Assembly: GCA_965226055.1 (NCBI GenBank)
Contig: CBDDCA010000004.1
Location: 64,001-128,000 of the forward strand
Length of the DNA: 64,000 bases
Reading direction: 5' to 3'
Origin: Spirochaetia bacterium
Lineage (GTDB): Bacteria; Spirochaetota; Spirochaetia; WTKD01; G963693115
Shown: positions 40,751 to 50,926 of the stretch, piece by piece
Numbering within the stretch: the first letter of the stretch is position 1
Layout: each line of letters begins with the position of its first letter
The notes under the pieces: generated by a model
What the model was told of the DNA's origin: nothing
What the model saw: the letters and a program-made list of their open reading frames with translations, nothing else
Database searches by the model: none
Translations under genes and position numbers: made by a program

Positions 40751-42265
40751 TTATCCTAGTGCTATTTTAATTATTTTTTCTTGGGTCGCATCTTGTATAT
40801 CAAGCTCCCCCTTTATTTTGCCTTCGTTCATAACATAAATTCTGTCAGACATGCCAAGCACTTCTTCTAATTCTGATGAAATCATGATAATGCTTTTTCC
40901 CATTGCCACTAGATCGTTGAGTATAGAATATATTTCATATTTTGCTCCTACATCAATACCTCTTGTAGGTTCATCTATAATAAGAATATTTGGGTTAGTA
41001 TAGAGGCAACGACTAATGACTACTTTTTGTTGATTACCGCCACTGAGAGTATTTACTATGGTATGTACACTGGGAGTTTTTATGTTCATTTTTTCTTTAT
41101 AATGAACACTTGAGGCTTCTACTTCTTTGCTGTTTATTATGCCAAACTTTGAGCATTTGTGTAATCCCGAGTTAGTTATGTTATTTTTTATATCTTGAAT
41201 AAGAATAAGTCCTAGTTCTTTTCTATCTTCTGATATATATCCTAGCCCGTCTCTAATAGCTTCTTTTGGGGTGTTCCAGTGTACTTTCTTTTCATGTAAA
41301 TACACATCTCCTATATGTTTAGAACCGTACATAGAACCAAAAATACTCATCATAAGTTCTGTTCTTCCTGATCCCATGAGTCCGCAAATACCCAGTATTT
41401 CTCCTTTTCGTACATTAAAATGCACATCTGAGATAACTTTTTTTTCTGCATCTAAAGGATGGTATACAGACCAGTCTTTTACTTCAAACTGTATTTCACC
41501 AATATGAGAGTTTCTTTGTGGAAATCGATCTGTCATATCTCTTCCTACCATATCTTTAATGATCATCTGTTCGGTTATGGGAGTTTTATGAGCTTCAAGT
41601 GTACTAATTGTTTTTCCATCGCGAAGTATGGTAATATCATCAGCTATTTCTAATACTTCGTTTAGTTTATGTGATATCATAACACAAGTTATACCTTGTT
41701 TTTTTAGTAGTAGTATAAGTTGAAGTAGCTGTTCGCTTTCTTGATCATTGAGGGATGAGGTAGGTTCATCTAAAATAAGCAGTTCTACTTTTTTTGAGAG
41801 AGCTTTTGCTATTTCGACTAATTGTTGTTTTCCAACGCCTAGTGTATTTACTATTGTTTGTGGATTCTCTTGTAGCCCAACCTTATCAAGAAGATGCTGT
41901 GTTTCTGTGCTTAGTTTGAAGAAGTTGATGATACCAAAGGTAGATTTGTAGTGTCCTAAAAATATGTTTTCTGCTATAGAAAGATAGGGACTAAGAGCAA
42001 GCTCTTGATGTATGATAGCGATGCCATCATGTTCACTGTCTTTTACTGATGAATATTTTAAGACTTTATCCTTAAATGTAATGGTCCCTGTATATGATTC
42101 ATGAGGATATACCCCAGATATTATTTTCATAAGAGTAGATTTTCCAGCTCCATTTTCTCCACATATACAATGTATGCTCCCTTTTTGTATGGTAAAATTT
42201 ATATCATCTAATGCTCTTACACCGGGAAAATCTTTTGTTAAATTGGAAATACTTAGTAAACTCAT
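40751..42265 (-). CDS. Monosaccharide ABC transporter ATPase (GguA/XylG-type)
   Basis: Two ABC domains; GENGAGKSTLMK; LSGGNQQKV; DEPTRGIDVGAK; ATG at 42265 preferred. Confidence 0.94.
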   Translation of the reverse strand: MSLLSISNLTKDFPGVRALDDINFTIQKGSIHCICGENGAGKSTLMKIISGVYPHESYTGTITFKDKVLKYSSVKDSEHDGIAIIHQELALSPYLSIAENIFLGHYKSTFGIINFFKLSTETQHLLDKVGLQENPQTIVNTLGVGKQQLVEIAKALSKKVELLILDEPTSSLNDQESEQLLQLILLLKKQGITCVMISHKLNEVLEIADDITILRDGKTISTLEAHKTPITEQMIIKDMVGRDMTDRFPQRNSHIGEIQFEVKDWSVYHPLDAEKKVISDVHFNVRKGEILGICGLMGSGRTELMMSIFGSMYGSKHIGDVYLHEKKVHWNTPKEAIRDGLGYISEDRKELGLILIQDIKNNITNSGLHKCSKFGIINSKEVEASSVHYKEKMNIKTPSVHTIVNTLSGGNQQKVVISRCLYTNPNILIIDEPTRGIDVGAKYEIYSILNDLVAMGKSIIMISSELEEVLGMSDRIYVMNEGKIKGELDIQDATQEKIIKIALG

Positions 42266-42276
42266 AGTATAGTTTA

Positions 42277-42310
42277 AAAAAAGTAACATACCGAAGCATG
42301 TTACTTTTTT
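42277..42310 (-). terminator. Intra-operon stem-loop downstream of the sugar-binding protein gene
   Basis: AAAAAAGTAACAT...ATGTTACTTTTTT inverted repeat between the SBP and ATPase genes. Confidence 0.65.
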
Positions 42311-42317
42311 ATAAGAA

Positions 42318-43406
42318 CTAATTTTCTATTTGTTCTTTAGTATAATATCCAGAGTCAATCAACACATTTTCATAATTGTCTTGGGTAATTTCAACTGGCT
42401 CAAGTAAATAAGAAGTAACTGTTTTTTTGCCTGTATTGTAGGTTGTATTATCCATACGAGTTCCTGCGATAGAAGGGGGTTGGTTTTGTAGTATAGCATC
42501 TGCTAATTCAATAGTAGCTTTTGCTAAATTTCTTGTATCTTTGAACACGGACATATATTGCTTTCCATCTTTAATCATTTTAATTGAAGATATTTCTCCA
42601 TCTTGTCCAGTAACTATAGGTAGGGTAGTACTGTAGTTGTTGTCAGTTAAGAGGGCTTCAATAATTGCACGGGCAAGAGGATCATTTGGGGCTAGCACTG
42701 CATCAAGTACTACATTACTTGCTGCACTGTTAAGCAGGTTTTCCATACGTTTTTTTGCTTCTTCTGCTTTCCATCCTTCTGTAGTAATTTGAGTGAATGC
42801 AGCATCCTTAGAGTTTGTTGGAGCTGGACCTACGACATTTAAAGCACCGCTTTGTACATATGGATTGAGTATATCCATTGCTCCATCAAAGAAAAAGTAG
42901 GCATTATTATCGGTAGGGGAACCTGCAAAGTAAACAATGTTTTTTCCATTTGCTGAATCTAATAAAAGAGCATCTGCTATAGATTGTCCTTGAATTTGGC
43001 CTACTTTGAAGTTATCAAATGTTATGTAATATTCATAGTCATCTGAGTCAGTAATAAGTCTATCATAGGCAATAATAATGACTCCTTCTTCATTTGCTTT
43101 CGATACAGCTTCTGCAGCTCCTTCATTGATTGCTCCTACTATAATGAGCTTTGCTCCTTTTGTTATAAAGTCTTCAATCTGCTTGTTTTGCTTACTTTGA
43201 TCAGCATCTGCAAAAGCAACTTCCGCTCTATATCCTTTTGCTATGGCAGCTTGTTTAAGCTCTTCTCCATCTCTACGCCATCTTTCTACATGCGTTTCGG
43301 GCATTGCAATTCCAATAAGCACAGCACCTGATTCACCTTCTCCTGCTGAAAATACAGTAGGGAGTATTAAACTTATCATAATAAAAATTACTATTATTTT
43401 TTTCAT
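42318..43406 (-). CDS. Sugar ABC transporter substrate-binding protein (ChvE/XylF-type)
   Basis: IGIAMP...ERW..DG; IAYDRLI; GSPTDNNA; VTGQDG; VFKDTR.LA. Confidence 0.92.
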   Translation of the reverse strand: MKKIIVIFIMISLILPTVFSAGEGESGAVLIGIAMPETHVERWRRDGEELKQAAIAKGYRAEVAFADADQSKQNKQIEDFITKGAKLIIVGAINEGAAEAVSKANEEGVIIIAYDRLITDSDDYEYYITFDNFKVGQIQGQSIADALLLDSANGKNIVYFAGSPTDNNAYFFFDGAMDILNPYVQSGALNVVGPAPTNSKDAAFTQITTEGWKAEEAKKRMENLLNSAASNVVLDAVLAPNDPLARAIIEALLTDNNYSTTLPIVTGQDGEISSIKMIKDGKQYMSVFKDTRNLAKATIELADAILQNQPPSIAGTRMDNTTYNTGKKTVTSYLLEPVEITQDNYENVLIDSGYYTKEQIEN

Positions 43407-43490
43407 AATTATCTCCTCCTTAATTTACTATGTGTAGTTTATCTATTAGTGTATTACAATTACATTTTTTTGTCTATAGATTAAGTAATA

Positions 43491-43546
43491 TATTGAAAAA
43501 AAATAAATAATGTATTGAAAAAAAATAAATAAAATAGTACTATAAT
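43491..43546 (+). promoter_or_regulatory. Tandemly duplicated -35 region / promoter of the WD40 lipoprotein gene
   Basis: TATTGAAAAAAAATAAATAA at 43491-43510 and 43513-43532; the second TTGAAA is 17 bp from TACTAT, which overlaps TATAAT. Confidence 0.5.
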
Positions 43547-43641
43547 ATTATAGTAAAGTTCTTTAGCTATGTTCCGATAGTATAAGAAATAGAATGCATG
43601 TTGCATATATTGCAATATTATAAAAAATAAGTGAGGAAATT

Positions 43642-44694
43642 ATGAAAAAAATATTATTTAGTGTATTTTTTGTGTTATTTGTTATGATGGTATTATTTGT
43701 AGGATGTACCTCTCAAGAAGAAAGTGTGCAACCGCAAGAAGAGGAAGTGGTAGAAGAGCCTCCGATAGAGGAAGAACCACAAGAGGAGGAAGTAGAAGTA
43801 GTACCAAGCCTTTCTTTACAAGAAGTAAAAAAGAGTACTGTTCACAATAGAGGGGCAGAAGGGCTTGCTATTTATAATGGTACAGTGGTAACAGGAAGCT
43901 GGAACGATAATATTGTGTTATCATCGTTGAACGGAGAAACTGTTAAGCTGATTAATAAAGCACATAAGAGCGATGTTGTAGATATTGAATTTGGTGCAAA
44001 TGGGAACTTTTTTGTGTCTGCTGGATTAGATAGAGCTATAAAGATATGGGATGCAAAAGGATCGTTGCTAAAAAGTATAACTACCCCAGTAAATGTGATA
44101 GATGTTTCTGTGAGTACAGGAGTAAATCCTTATATTGCAGCTGCTGCATTGAATGGAATGGTATATATATATGAATACGAAAATAAAAAGCGAATTTCAC
44201 AGTTTAAGGTGACATCAAAATATAGTACTGCAGTACAGTTTATAAATCAAAACACTGTTGCTGGAGCAGGGGTAGATGGATATATTGTTGTTTGGGACAT
44301 AGCGAATAGTAAAGAGCTATTTCGGTTTAAGGCACATAATCAACGTATCAATGTATTGCGTATAAATGCAGATGCTAGTATGCTCGCAAGTGCAGGATGG
44401 GACAAAAGTGTAAAAATATGGGGAATCAATGATAGTTATAACGAGATAGCTTCATTTAGTACTAAAGAACAAGGTGCTATAGAATCGCTTGCGTTTTCTC
44501 CTGATAGTGTATTTATATTAGCAGGTGATAGGAGTGGCAATATCATTACATGGGATATGGATACCAAAGAGATGTACAGTATAAAGCAAACAGGAACAAA
44601 AAGAGTATATGATATACAGTTTAATGCTGATGGAGATAAAGCGGTAGCCACAGGTTATGATACTTCAGTGCGATTTTATACTGTTGAGCGATAA
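43642..44694 (+). CDS. WD40 beta-propeller lipoprotein
   Basis: Lipobox LFVGC, acidic linker, repeats such as AH...V....F......SAG.D..IKIWD. Confidence 0.88.
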   Translation: MKKILFSVFFVLFVMMVLFVGCTSQEESVQPQEEEVVEEPPIEEEPQEEEVEVVPSLSLQEVKKSTVHNRGAEGLAIYNGTVVTGSWNDNIVLSSLNGETVKLINKAHKSDVVDIEFGANGNFFVSAGLDRAIKIWDAKGSLLKSITTPVNVIDVSVSTGVNPYIAAAALNGMVYIYEYENKKRISQFKVTSKYSTAVQFINQNTVAGAGVDGYIVVWDIANSKELFRFKAHNQRINVLRINADASMLASAGWDKSVKIWGINDSYNEIASFSTKEQGAIESLAFSPDSVFILAGDRSGNIITWDMDTKEMYSIKQTGTKRVYDIQFNADGDKAVATGYDTSVRFYTVER

Positions 44695-44726
44695 CTAACG
44701 ATAATTGAAAATTAAATATACACAAC

Positions 44727-44760
44727 AAAAAAGCTACCGTTTGTACGGTAGCTTTTTTTT
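44727..44760. terminator. Bidirectional intrinsic terminator between the WD40 gene and hppA
   Basis: AAAAAAGCTACCGT-TTGT-ACGGTAGCTTTTTTTT between convergent genes. Confidence 0.88.
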
Positions 44761-44767
44761 AAGTCTT

Positions 44768-46822
44768 TTATAATAATGGAGCAATAATAAGAGCAATAAT
44801 CGTTATCAATTTAATAAGAATATTGAGTGATGGTCCTGCTGTATCTTTGAGTGGATCGCCTACTGTGTCACCTACCACTGAGGCTTTATGTGTCTCAGAT
44901 CCTTTCCCATTTTCTTTACGCTCTTCTATCATTTTTTTTGCGTTATCCCATGCACCGCCACTGTTTGCCATAAAAATAGCAAGGGTAATGCCACTTACCG
45001 TTGCTCCTACGATGAGTCCTGAGAGCATTTCTACGCCTCCAAAAAAACCAATAATAACAGGAATAACGATAGTGCCTAATCCAGGGAGTATCATTTCTTT
45101 AATGGCAGACTTAGTAGAAATATGAATACAACGATTATAATCAGGGGTATCATTTCCTTGTAATATACCTGGTTTTTCCTTAAACTGTCTACGTACTTCG
45201 TTTATCATAGAAGCAGCTGCTTTGCTTACTGCATCAATAGTAAGAGCACTAAAGGTATACGGTATCACTGCACCAATCATGAGTCCAATAAGTACTGGTA
45301 TTGAGGTTAAATCAATACTGTCTATTCCTACCGATTCTTTGAACGAAGTAAACAAAATAAATGCAGTAAGTGCTGCACTTCCAATAGCAAAGCCTTTTCC
45401 TATGGCAGCGGTGGTGTTTCCTACTGAATCAAGAGAATCAGTGATTTCGCGTACTTCTGGAGGATAGTTACTCATAACGGCTAATCCTCCAGCATTGTCA
45501 GATATAGGACCGTACGCATCAACTGCTAACTGAATGCCTATAGTGACTAGCATCCCTAATGCTGCAATGGCAATACCAAAAAGACCAGCAAAGCTGTAAC
45601 TAATTCCTACTGTAGCTGCAATGACTAAAATAGGGAGTAAGCAAGAAAACATTCCTACTCCTAATCCTGATATTATGTTTGTAGCATATCCACTTTCAGA
45701 TTGCTCTACTATTTTTTTTACTGGCTTTTTCCCAAATCCAGTATAATATTCAGTAAGTAATCCTATAGTAATACCACTTGCTAGCCCTAATATGGTGGAA
45801 ATATATATAGTATTTACTGTGAGTATGTTGCTGGAACCTTCAAAATCTTTTAATAGAAAACTTAGTATAGGATAGAACGATATTATTACAATACCTGCAG
45901 CGACAAAAGTTCCTGTATTTAATGCTCGTTGTGCAGATTTTCCCGGTTTTGTGCGTACACATAAAATACCAACGATAGAAGCAACGATTCCAATTACCAC
46001 TAGTATCAATGGGATAAATAAAAGCTGCATACGATATGCTTCTTCTACAGGACTTGCAAGTGCTAATATCATAGAGCCAATAATTGAGCCAATAAATGAT
46101 TCAAATAGATCAGCTCCCATGCCAGCAACATCTCCTACATTATCACCAACATTATCTGCTATTGTGGCAGGGTTTCGAGGATCATCTTCAGGAATATTTT
46201 TTTCTACTTTTCCTACTAAATCAGCACCAACATCAGCCGCTTTTGTAAAAATGCCTCCTCCTACACGAGCAAACAAAGCGATAGCACTTGCTCCCAGAGA
46301 AAAACCTGTGATAATAGGTAAATAATGCTCTTGTATGTTTACTATGGTTACACTCATTACTTGTTGTAATATAAAGAGTAAAATGAAAAGACCGAGAGTA
46401 GAAAGTCCTACTACACTCATTCCCATGATACTTCCTCCTGCAAATGCAATACGTAATGCAGGATTTATGCCTTTTTTTGCAGCCTCAGTGGTACGAGAGT
46501 TTGCGGCAGTAGCAACTTTCATGCCTATGTAGCCAGCTGTCCCCGAAGCAAATGCCCCCAATAGAAATGCAAATGCTTGAAATTTATTTATGCCAGTATT
46601 GAAAAAATAAAGCATAATAGCCATAATAAGTACAAAAGGAATCAAAACTTTGTATTCTTGATGTAGAAATGTAATTGCTCCGTTTGAGATATACGAGCTA
46701 ATTTTTTGTAGCTCAGCAGTTCCTTTATTTTGCTTAAAAATCCAATTACTACGAATAATAGCATATAGCAAAGCAATGGCACTTCCTATAAAAAGTGTCC
46801 AAGTGATAGTTGAAAAATTCAT
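44768..46822 (-). CDS. hppA: Membrane-bound pyrophosphatase, K+-dependent, likely Na+-translocating
   Basis: [19 protein letters not shown]; DNVGDNVGD; GNTTAA (Ala marks the K+-dependent type); [11 protein letters not shown]. Confidence 0.95.
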   Translation of the reverse strand: MNFSTITWTLFIGSAIALLYAIIRSNWIFKQNKGTAELQKISSYISNGAITFLHQEYKVLIPFVLIMAIMLYFFNTGINKFQAFAFLLGAFASGTAGYIGMKVATAANSRTTEAAKKGINPALRIAFAGGSIMGMSVVGLSTLGLFILLFILQQVMSVTIVNIQEHYLPIITGFSLGASAIALFARVGGGIFTKAADVGADLVGKVEKNIPEDDPRNPATIADNVGDNVGDVAGMGADLFESFIGSIIGSMILALASPVEEAYRMQLLFIPLILVVIGIVASIVGILCVRTKPGKSAQRALNTGTFVAAGIVIISFYPILSFLLKDFEGSSNILTVNTIYISTILGLASGITIGLLTEYYTGFGKKPVKKIVEQSESGYATNIISGLGVGMFSCLLPILVIAATVGISYSFAGLFGIAIAALGMLVTIGIQLAVDAYGPISDNAGGLAVMSNYPPEVREITDSLDSVGNTTAAIGKGFAIGSAALTAFILFTSFKESVGIDSIDLTSIPVLIGLMIGAVIPYTFSALTIDAVSKAAASMINEVRRQFKEKPGILQGNDTPDYNRCIHISTKSAIKEMILPGLGTIVIPVIIGFFGGVEMLSGLIVGATVSGITLAIFMANSGGAWDNAKKMIEERKENGKGSETHKASVVGDTVGDPLKDTAGPSLNILIKLITIIALIIAPLL

Positions 46823-47037
46823 TAAAAACTCCTTTGTGTTTTGGTAAAATTATAATTTTCATAGTTATTACTGTTATGTCAATATACTTACAATAATAGC
46901 ATTATGTTCTTTAAGCTCATTATATCATAGGTGAGAGAGTAGTGATTTAAATTACGTATTAAGGGTACAATAGGCTAAAAATAATAACAATATGCTACTA
47001 ATAAGAGAAAATAAGCAAAAAATGACAAAGTATTAGT

Positions 47038-50000
47038 TTAGTACTGTAGTAATGTTCCGCCAAAAGTAAATCCTCCACCAAAAGCAACAATAAGTATTTT
47101 TTTTCCTTTAAGATTACCTGTATTTTCTAATTCTTTTAAGCAAATAGGAATAGTGTTAGAAGAACTGTTTCCATGTTTATCAATGTTAATATAAAATTTA
47201 TCTAAAGGTAATTGTAAGCGTTTCGCTATTACGTTTATTATTTTTTGGTTTGCTTGATGAGGAATAATAATATCTATGTCTTCAAAAGATGTATTGTATG
47301 TATCACATACTTTTCTTGCAATATCACTTAAATGTTTAATTGCTAACTTGTATACTTCAAGTCCATTCATAGAAATAGAGCCGTTTTCAGGAACCATTAA
47401 CAATTCTGCAGGAGCTCCTACTGTTTGTAAAATAGGGTTGAATATTTCTACTGAATGCTCTGTTTTCTCTGTACTGATAATAGAGGCAGATGCAGCATCA
47501 GAAAATACAGGTGCAGTCTGATAATCTGATAAATCTATACGCTTAGAAAGAATTTCTCCTGTAATAAGCAAAAATTTCTTGTTAGGATGCTTATACACAT
47601 ATTGATACACATTGCTTAATGCAAATATAAAACCTGAACATGCAGCAGAGATATCGTATGCAAATATGTCAGGGGCTGTTTCAAAATTTCTTTGTTTTGT
47701 TAATTCATACTGTACCATTGTAGCAAGCGATGGTGTTTGATACTCATGAGTTCCTGTTGCACAAATAATCCCATCAATATCCTGCAAACTCAGCTTAGCT
47801 TTATCAAGCGTTTTTTGTGCTACCTCTGTACACATTGATACTAAATTTTGTTCATCAGAAACCCAGTGTCTTTGTTGTATTCCTGTACTCCCAAATATTT
47901 TTTCCTCTGTCCATTCGGGAGATAATGTTACTATTTCTTTGTTGCTTACTATTCTATTTCCTAGTACAGTATGTATATGTGATCCATAGACATGTACTGT
48001 TGTAGTAGTAGGAGTATTTACATGTGTAGGAGAAGAAAATGTAAGTGTAGGGTTACTTCTGTCTTCACGAGTGACAACTTTGACTACTATATCATCTGTT
48101 TTTATTCGTGCAATGGCTGTTCCAATAGAAACAGAGTCTCCTTCTTGATATAATAGCTCTATAATTTCACCATTGACACTAGATTTTACATCTACTGTCG
48201 ATTTATCGGCTTCGGCTTCAACTAAAAGTTCTCCTTCTTTTATAAAGTCACCAACTTTTTTATTCCACTGAATAACTACAAATACCTCATCTGATGGGCT
48301 TGATCCTATTGCTTCAATTTCTACTATCCCTGTATTTTTATCAGTGTCCTCTTCGGGCCAATGTATGCTTCCTTCTAACATACGTACTGCTTCATTGAGT
48401 ATTGAACGATACGAGGGGAGAACTTCTAACTGATTAGAAAAATTACATGGAACATAGGTATCTGAGCGTGTTATGCGTGAATATGCATACATATCCTCTG
48501 CTTTTTCACTGATGCTTGCTATAAGCTCCGAACTTACTGATACGAGCTTTGAGTCTTCATGTGTTACGAGTAATTTTCTTGTTTTTTGTACAGACTGCAG
48601 TACAGTATTGACATCAATGGGCTTTACTGTCCTTAAGTCTATTACTTCAGCTTGCTTTCCATAATTACTGAGCGTTTCGGCAACTTGCATACAAAGAGGA
48701 ACTGTATTGCCAAAAGCAACAAGAGTGATATCCTCTCCTTGTTTGATGATACTTGCTTTTCCTGGAGCAATTACTAAGGAACGAGCTCCAGATTTACTAA
48801 TGGTCTTATGTTGTACATTGAGCAAATTTTTTGGATAAAAATATACAGTAGGACGCTTTGATATGAATGCAGCATTAAGCAACCCTGCAGCATCTTTTGC
48901 ATTTGATGGTATACATACATCTATACCAGGAACATGAGCAGCAAAAGATTCCATAGAGGAAGCATGAAATGGTCCTAATCCTGGTTTGTATCCTCCACAG
49001 GATGCCATAATAATAAGAGGTATTTCCCAATTTCCTCCACTTCGCCAATACATAGATCCAAGTTCAGAATAAATTTGATTAAACGCTAGAGGAAAGAAAT
49101 CAGCAAATTGTAAAAATGCTACTGGTCTTTGTCCTGCTAATGCTCTTCCTATTGAGGCTCCTACTATAAGAGATTCACTTAAAGGGCTGTTGACTACGCG
49201 TTCTGAAAAAGTAGTTGATAATCCTTTTGTTAAACCAAATACATCTCCTTTTGGGTCCTCAATATCTTGTCCATAGAGAAACACAGATGGATCTTTTTCA
49301 AGCCAATGCCATAATACTTCTCGTATTGATTCAAGCATAACGAGCGAACCTTCTTCGTACTTTTCATCAACTGTAGGAGTGATAGAAAGCTCTTTTATAG
49401 CAGTGAACACTGGTGCTGGCTCGTTTTCACGTTGTGCTTGTATGGCAAGAGGCTTTAATGTAGCATACATTTCTTGTTGCATTGTATTGCATTTTTCTTG
49501 TGCTTCTTGTACATCTATATCTTCTAGTTCCACTAACAGATTTACAATAGGATCTGAATGCTGCCATATTTGTTCAATATCATCTTTATTACGATATATT
49601 TGTTGATTATCAGCGTTTGTATGATTACTTAGTCTTTCAACAGAGAATACTACAATTTTAGGAATGGAATTGCTACGAATTGACTGAATTGCTTGTTGGA
49701 ATACTTGATATGCCTTATGAGGATATCTTCCATCAATACGAATAATTTCGCATCCCATAAATTCTGATATCTCTTTGTTTCCCACTTGATAGAATGTTTT
49801 GCCTGCTGTAGGAGTGGAAATAGCAAATTTATTGTCTTCAACCACTACTAATACAGGAAGAGAGTCGCGTATAGATAATGCTAAAGACTCCAGAAATTCA
49901 CCTTCAAATGTTGTTCCCTCACCAGTAAGATTTACTACAATGGAATCACTTCCTTTTTGTTTGAGTGTGGCAGCAACTCCTACTGCATGAAGAGCGCTAT

Positions 50001-50343
50001 TGCCAACAGGTCCAGAAATGCTAAGCACATTCAATTCTGGAGCGCTCATATGAGCATTCATCTGTCGACCATGTGAGTGAGAGGTATCTTTGTTAAATAA
50101 TGCTCGAAAGTAGTCAAGCGGAGTGAGTCCTCTTGCTAACAATAGGGCTTTATCTCTATAATGACAATGAAGCCAATCATCTTTTTGAAGAAGTGGTGCT
50201 AATACGGAAATTCCTTCATGTCCTGCCCCAGAAACATGAAAAAAAGCTTCTCCTCTTGCAGTATATTCTTGTTCAATTTGATCTATGGCTCGTGCCATGA
50301 TCATAAAATTTAAATTTTCTGTAATAATGGGATTATTTTTCAT
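47038..50343 (-). CDS. Fusion: 2-oxoacid dehydrogenase E1alpha + E1beta + lipoyl domain + FabH (KAS III)
   Basis: ThDP motif GEG..EGEFLE...EDNKFAIS; E1beta YGQDI, PLSES, QFADF; lipoyl EAEADKS (K714); FabH triad AAC902SGF, H1029QAN, GN1059SS and AFGGGF. Confidence 0.9.
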   Translation of the reverse strand: MKNNPIITENLNFMIMARAIDQIEQEYTARGEAFFHVSGAGHEGISVLAPLLQKDDWLHCHYRDKALLLARGLTPLDYFRALFNKDTSHSHGRQMNAHMSAPELNVLSISGPVGNSALHAVGVAATLKQKGSDSIVVNLTGEGTTFEGEFLESLALSIRDSLPVLVVVEDNKFAISTPTAGKTFYQVGNKEISEFMGCEIIRIDGRYPHKAYQVFQQAIQSIRSNSIPKIVVFSVERLSNHTNADNQQIYRNKDDIEQIWQHSDPIVNLLVELEDIDVQEAQEKCNTMQQEMYATLKPLAIQAQRENEPAPVFTAIKELSITPTVDEKYEEGSLVMLESIREVLWHWLEKDPSVFLYGQDIEDPKGDVFGLTKGLSTTFSERVVNSPLSESLIVGASIGRALAGQRPVAFLQFADFFPLAFNQIYSELGSMYWRSGGNWEIPLIIMASCGGYKPGLGPFHASSMESFAAHVPGIDVCIPSNAKDAAGLLNAAFISKRPTVYFYPKNLLNVQHKTISKSGARSLVIAPGKASIIKQGEDITLVAFGNTVPLCMQVAETLSNYGKQAEVIDLRTVKPIDVNTVLQSVQKTRKLLVTHEDSKLVSVSSELIASISEKAEDMYAYSRITRSDTYVPCNFSNQLEVLPSYRSILNEAVRMLEGSIHWPEEDTDKNTGIVEIEAIGSSPSDEVFVVIQWNKKVGDFIKEGELLVEAEADKSTVDVKSSVNGEIIELLYQEGDSVSIGTAIARIKTDDIVVKVVTREDRSNPTLTFSSPTHVNTPTTTTVHVYGSHIHTVLGNRIVSNKEIVTLSPEWTEEKIFGSTGIQQRHWVSDEQNLVSMCTEVAQKTLDKAKLSLQDIDGIICATGTHEYQTPSLATMVQYELTKQRNFETAPDIFAYDISAACSGFIFALSNVYQYVYKHPNKKFLLITGEILSKRIDLSDYQTAPVFSDAASASIISTEKTEHSVEIFNPILQTVGAPAELLMVPENGSISMNGLEVYKLAIKHLSDIARKVCDTYNTSFEDIDIIIPHQANQKIINVIAKRLQLPLDKFYINIDKHGNSSSNTIPICLKELENTGNLKGKKILIVAFGGGFTFGGTLLQY

Positions 50344-50500
50344 CTATATACTTATTTTTATTATTTCAAAAATAGCTCATATAGTCAATATAAGGGAGAT
50401 GCAGAGATTACACATATATACTATATTGTTATATAATTAAATTAGAAAGATTGATTTAATCTTATTAAATGTATGAGCTATAAATATATGGAGGAATACT

Positions 50501-50908
50501 ATGGAAGATGAAGACAAAGATTTGATTGAAAAATTTGCTGAGAAATTAGTAGGTTTTGGAATTCCTGGAATTATATTTTTTTATGTAGCTGCAGGAACTA
50601 GGTTAACAGGAGCAGCTGCTACTACAGCAGCATTAGCTGCCATAGGGCCCTTTGGTATGATTGGTGGTATTGTTGTATTAGGAGTTATAGGAGTCTTGGC
50701 AACAGCTGGATATCGCACCATCATAAAAAAAGGATATAAAGACCGAGTTATAAGAAGATCTTTAATAATATATAAGGAAAAAAAGGAAAAAGAGACAGGC
50801 AAGGAAATAAAATGGGAAGAGATAGGAGAAGAAATAAAAAAAACCAAATTTATATCATCATCAAAAAGAGAACATCTTTTGAGGATAGTTGAAGGAGAGA
50901 GGCATTGA
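50501..50908 (+). CDS. Small Gly/Ala-rich membrane protein
   Basis: GGAGG SD; hydrophobic GIPG...GAAATTAALAAIGPFGMIGG segment and basic C-terminus. Confidence 0.75.
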   Translation: MEDEDKDLIEKFAEKLVGFGIPGIIFFYVAAGTRLTGAAATTAALAAIGPFGMIGGIVVLGVIGVLATAGYRTIIKKGYKDRVIRRSLIIYKEKKEKETGKEIKWEEIGEEIKKTKFISSSKREHLLRIVEGERH

Positions 50909-50926
50909 TAACTATAACATGAGATA

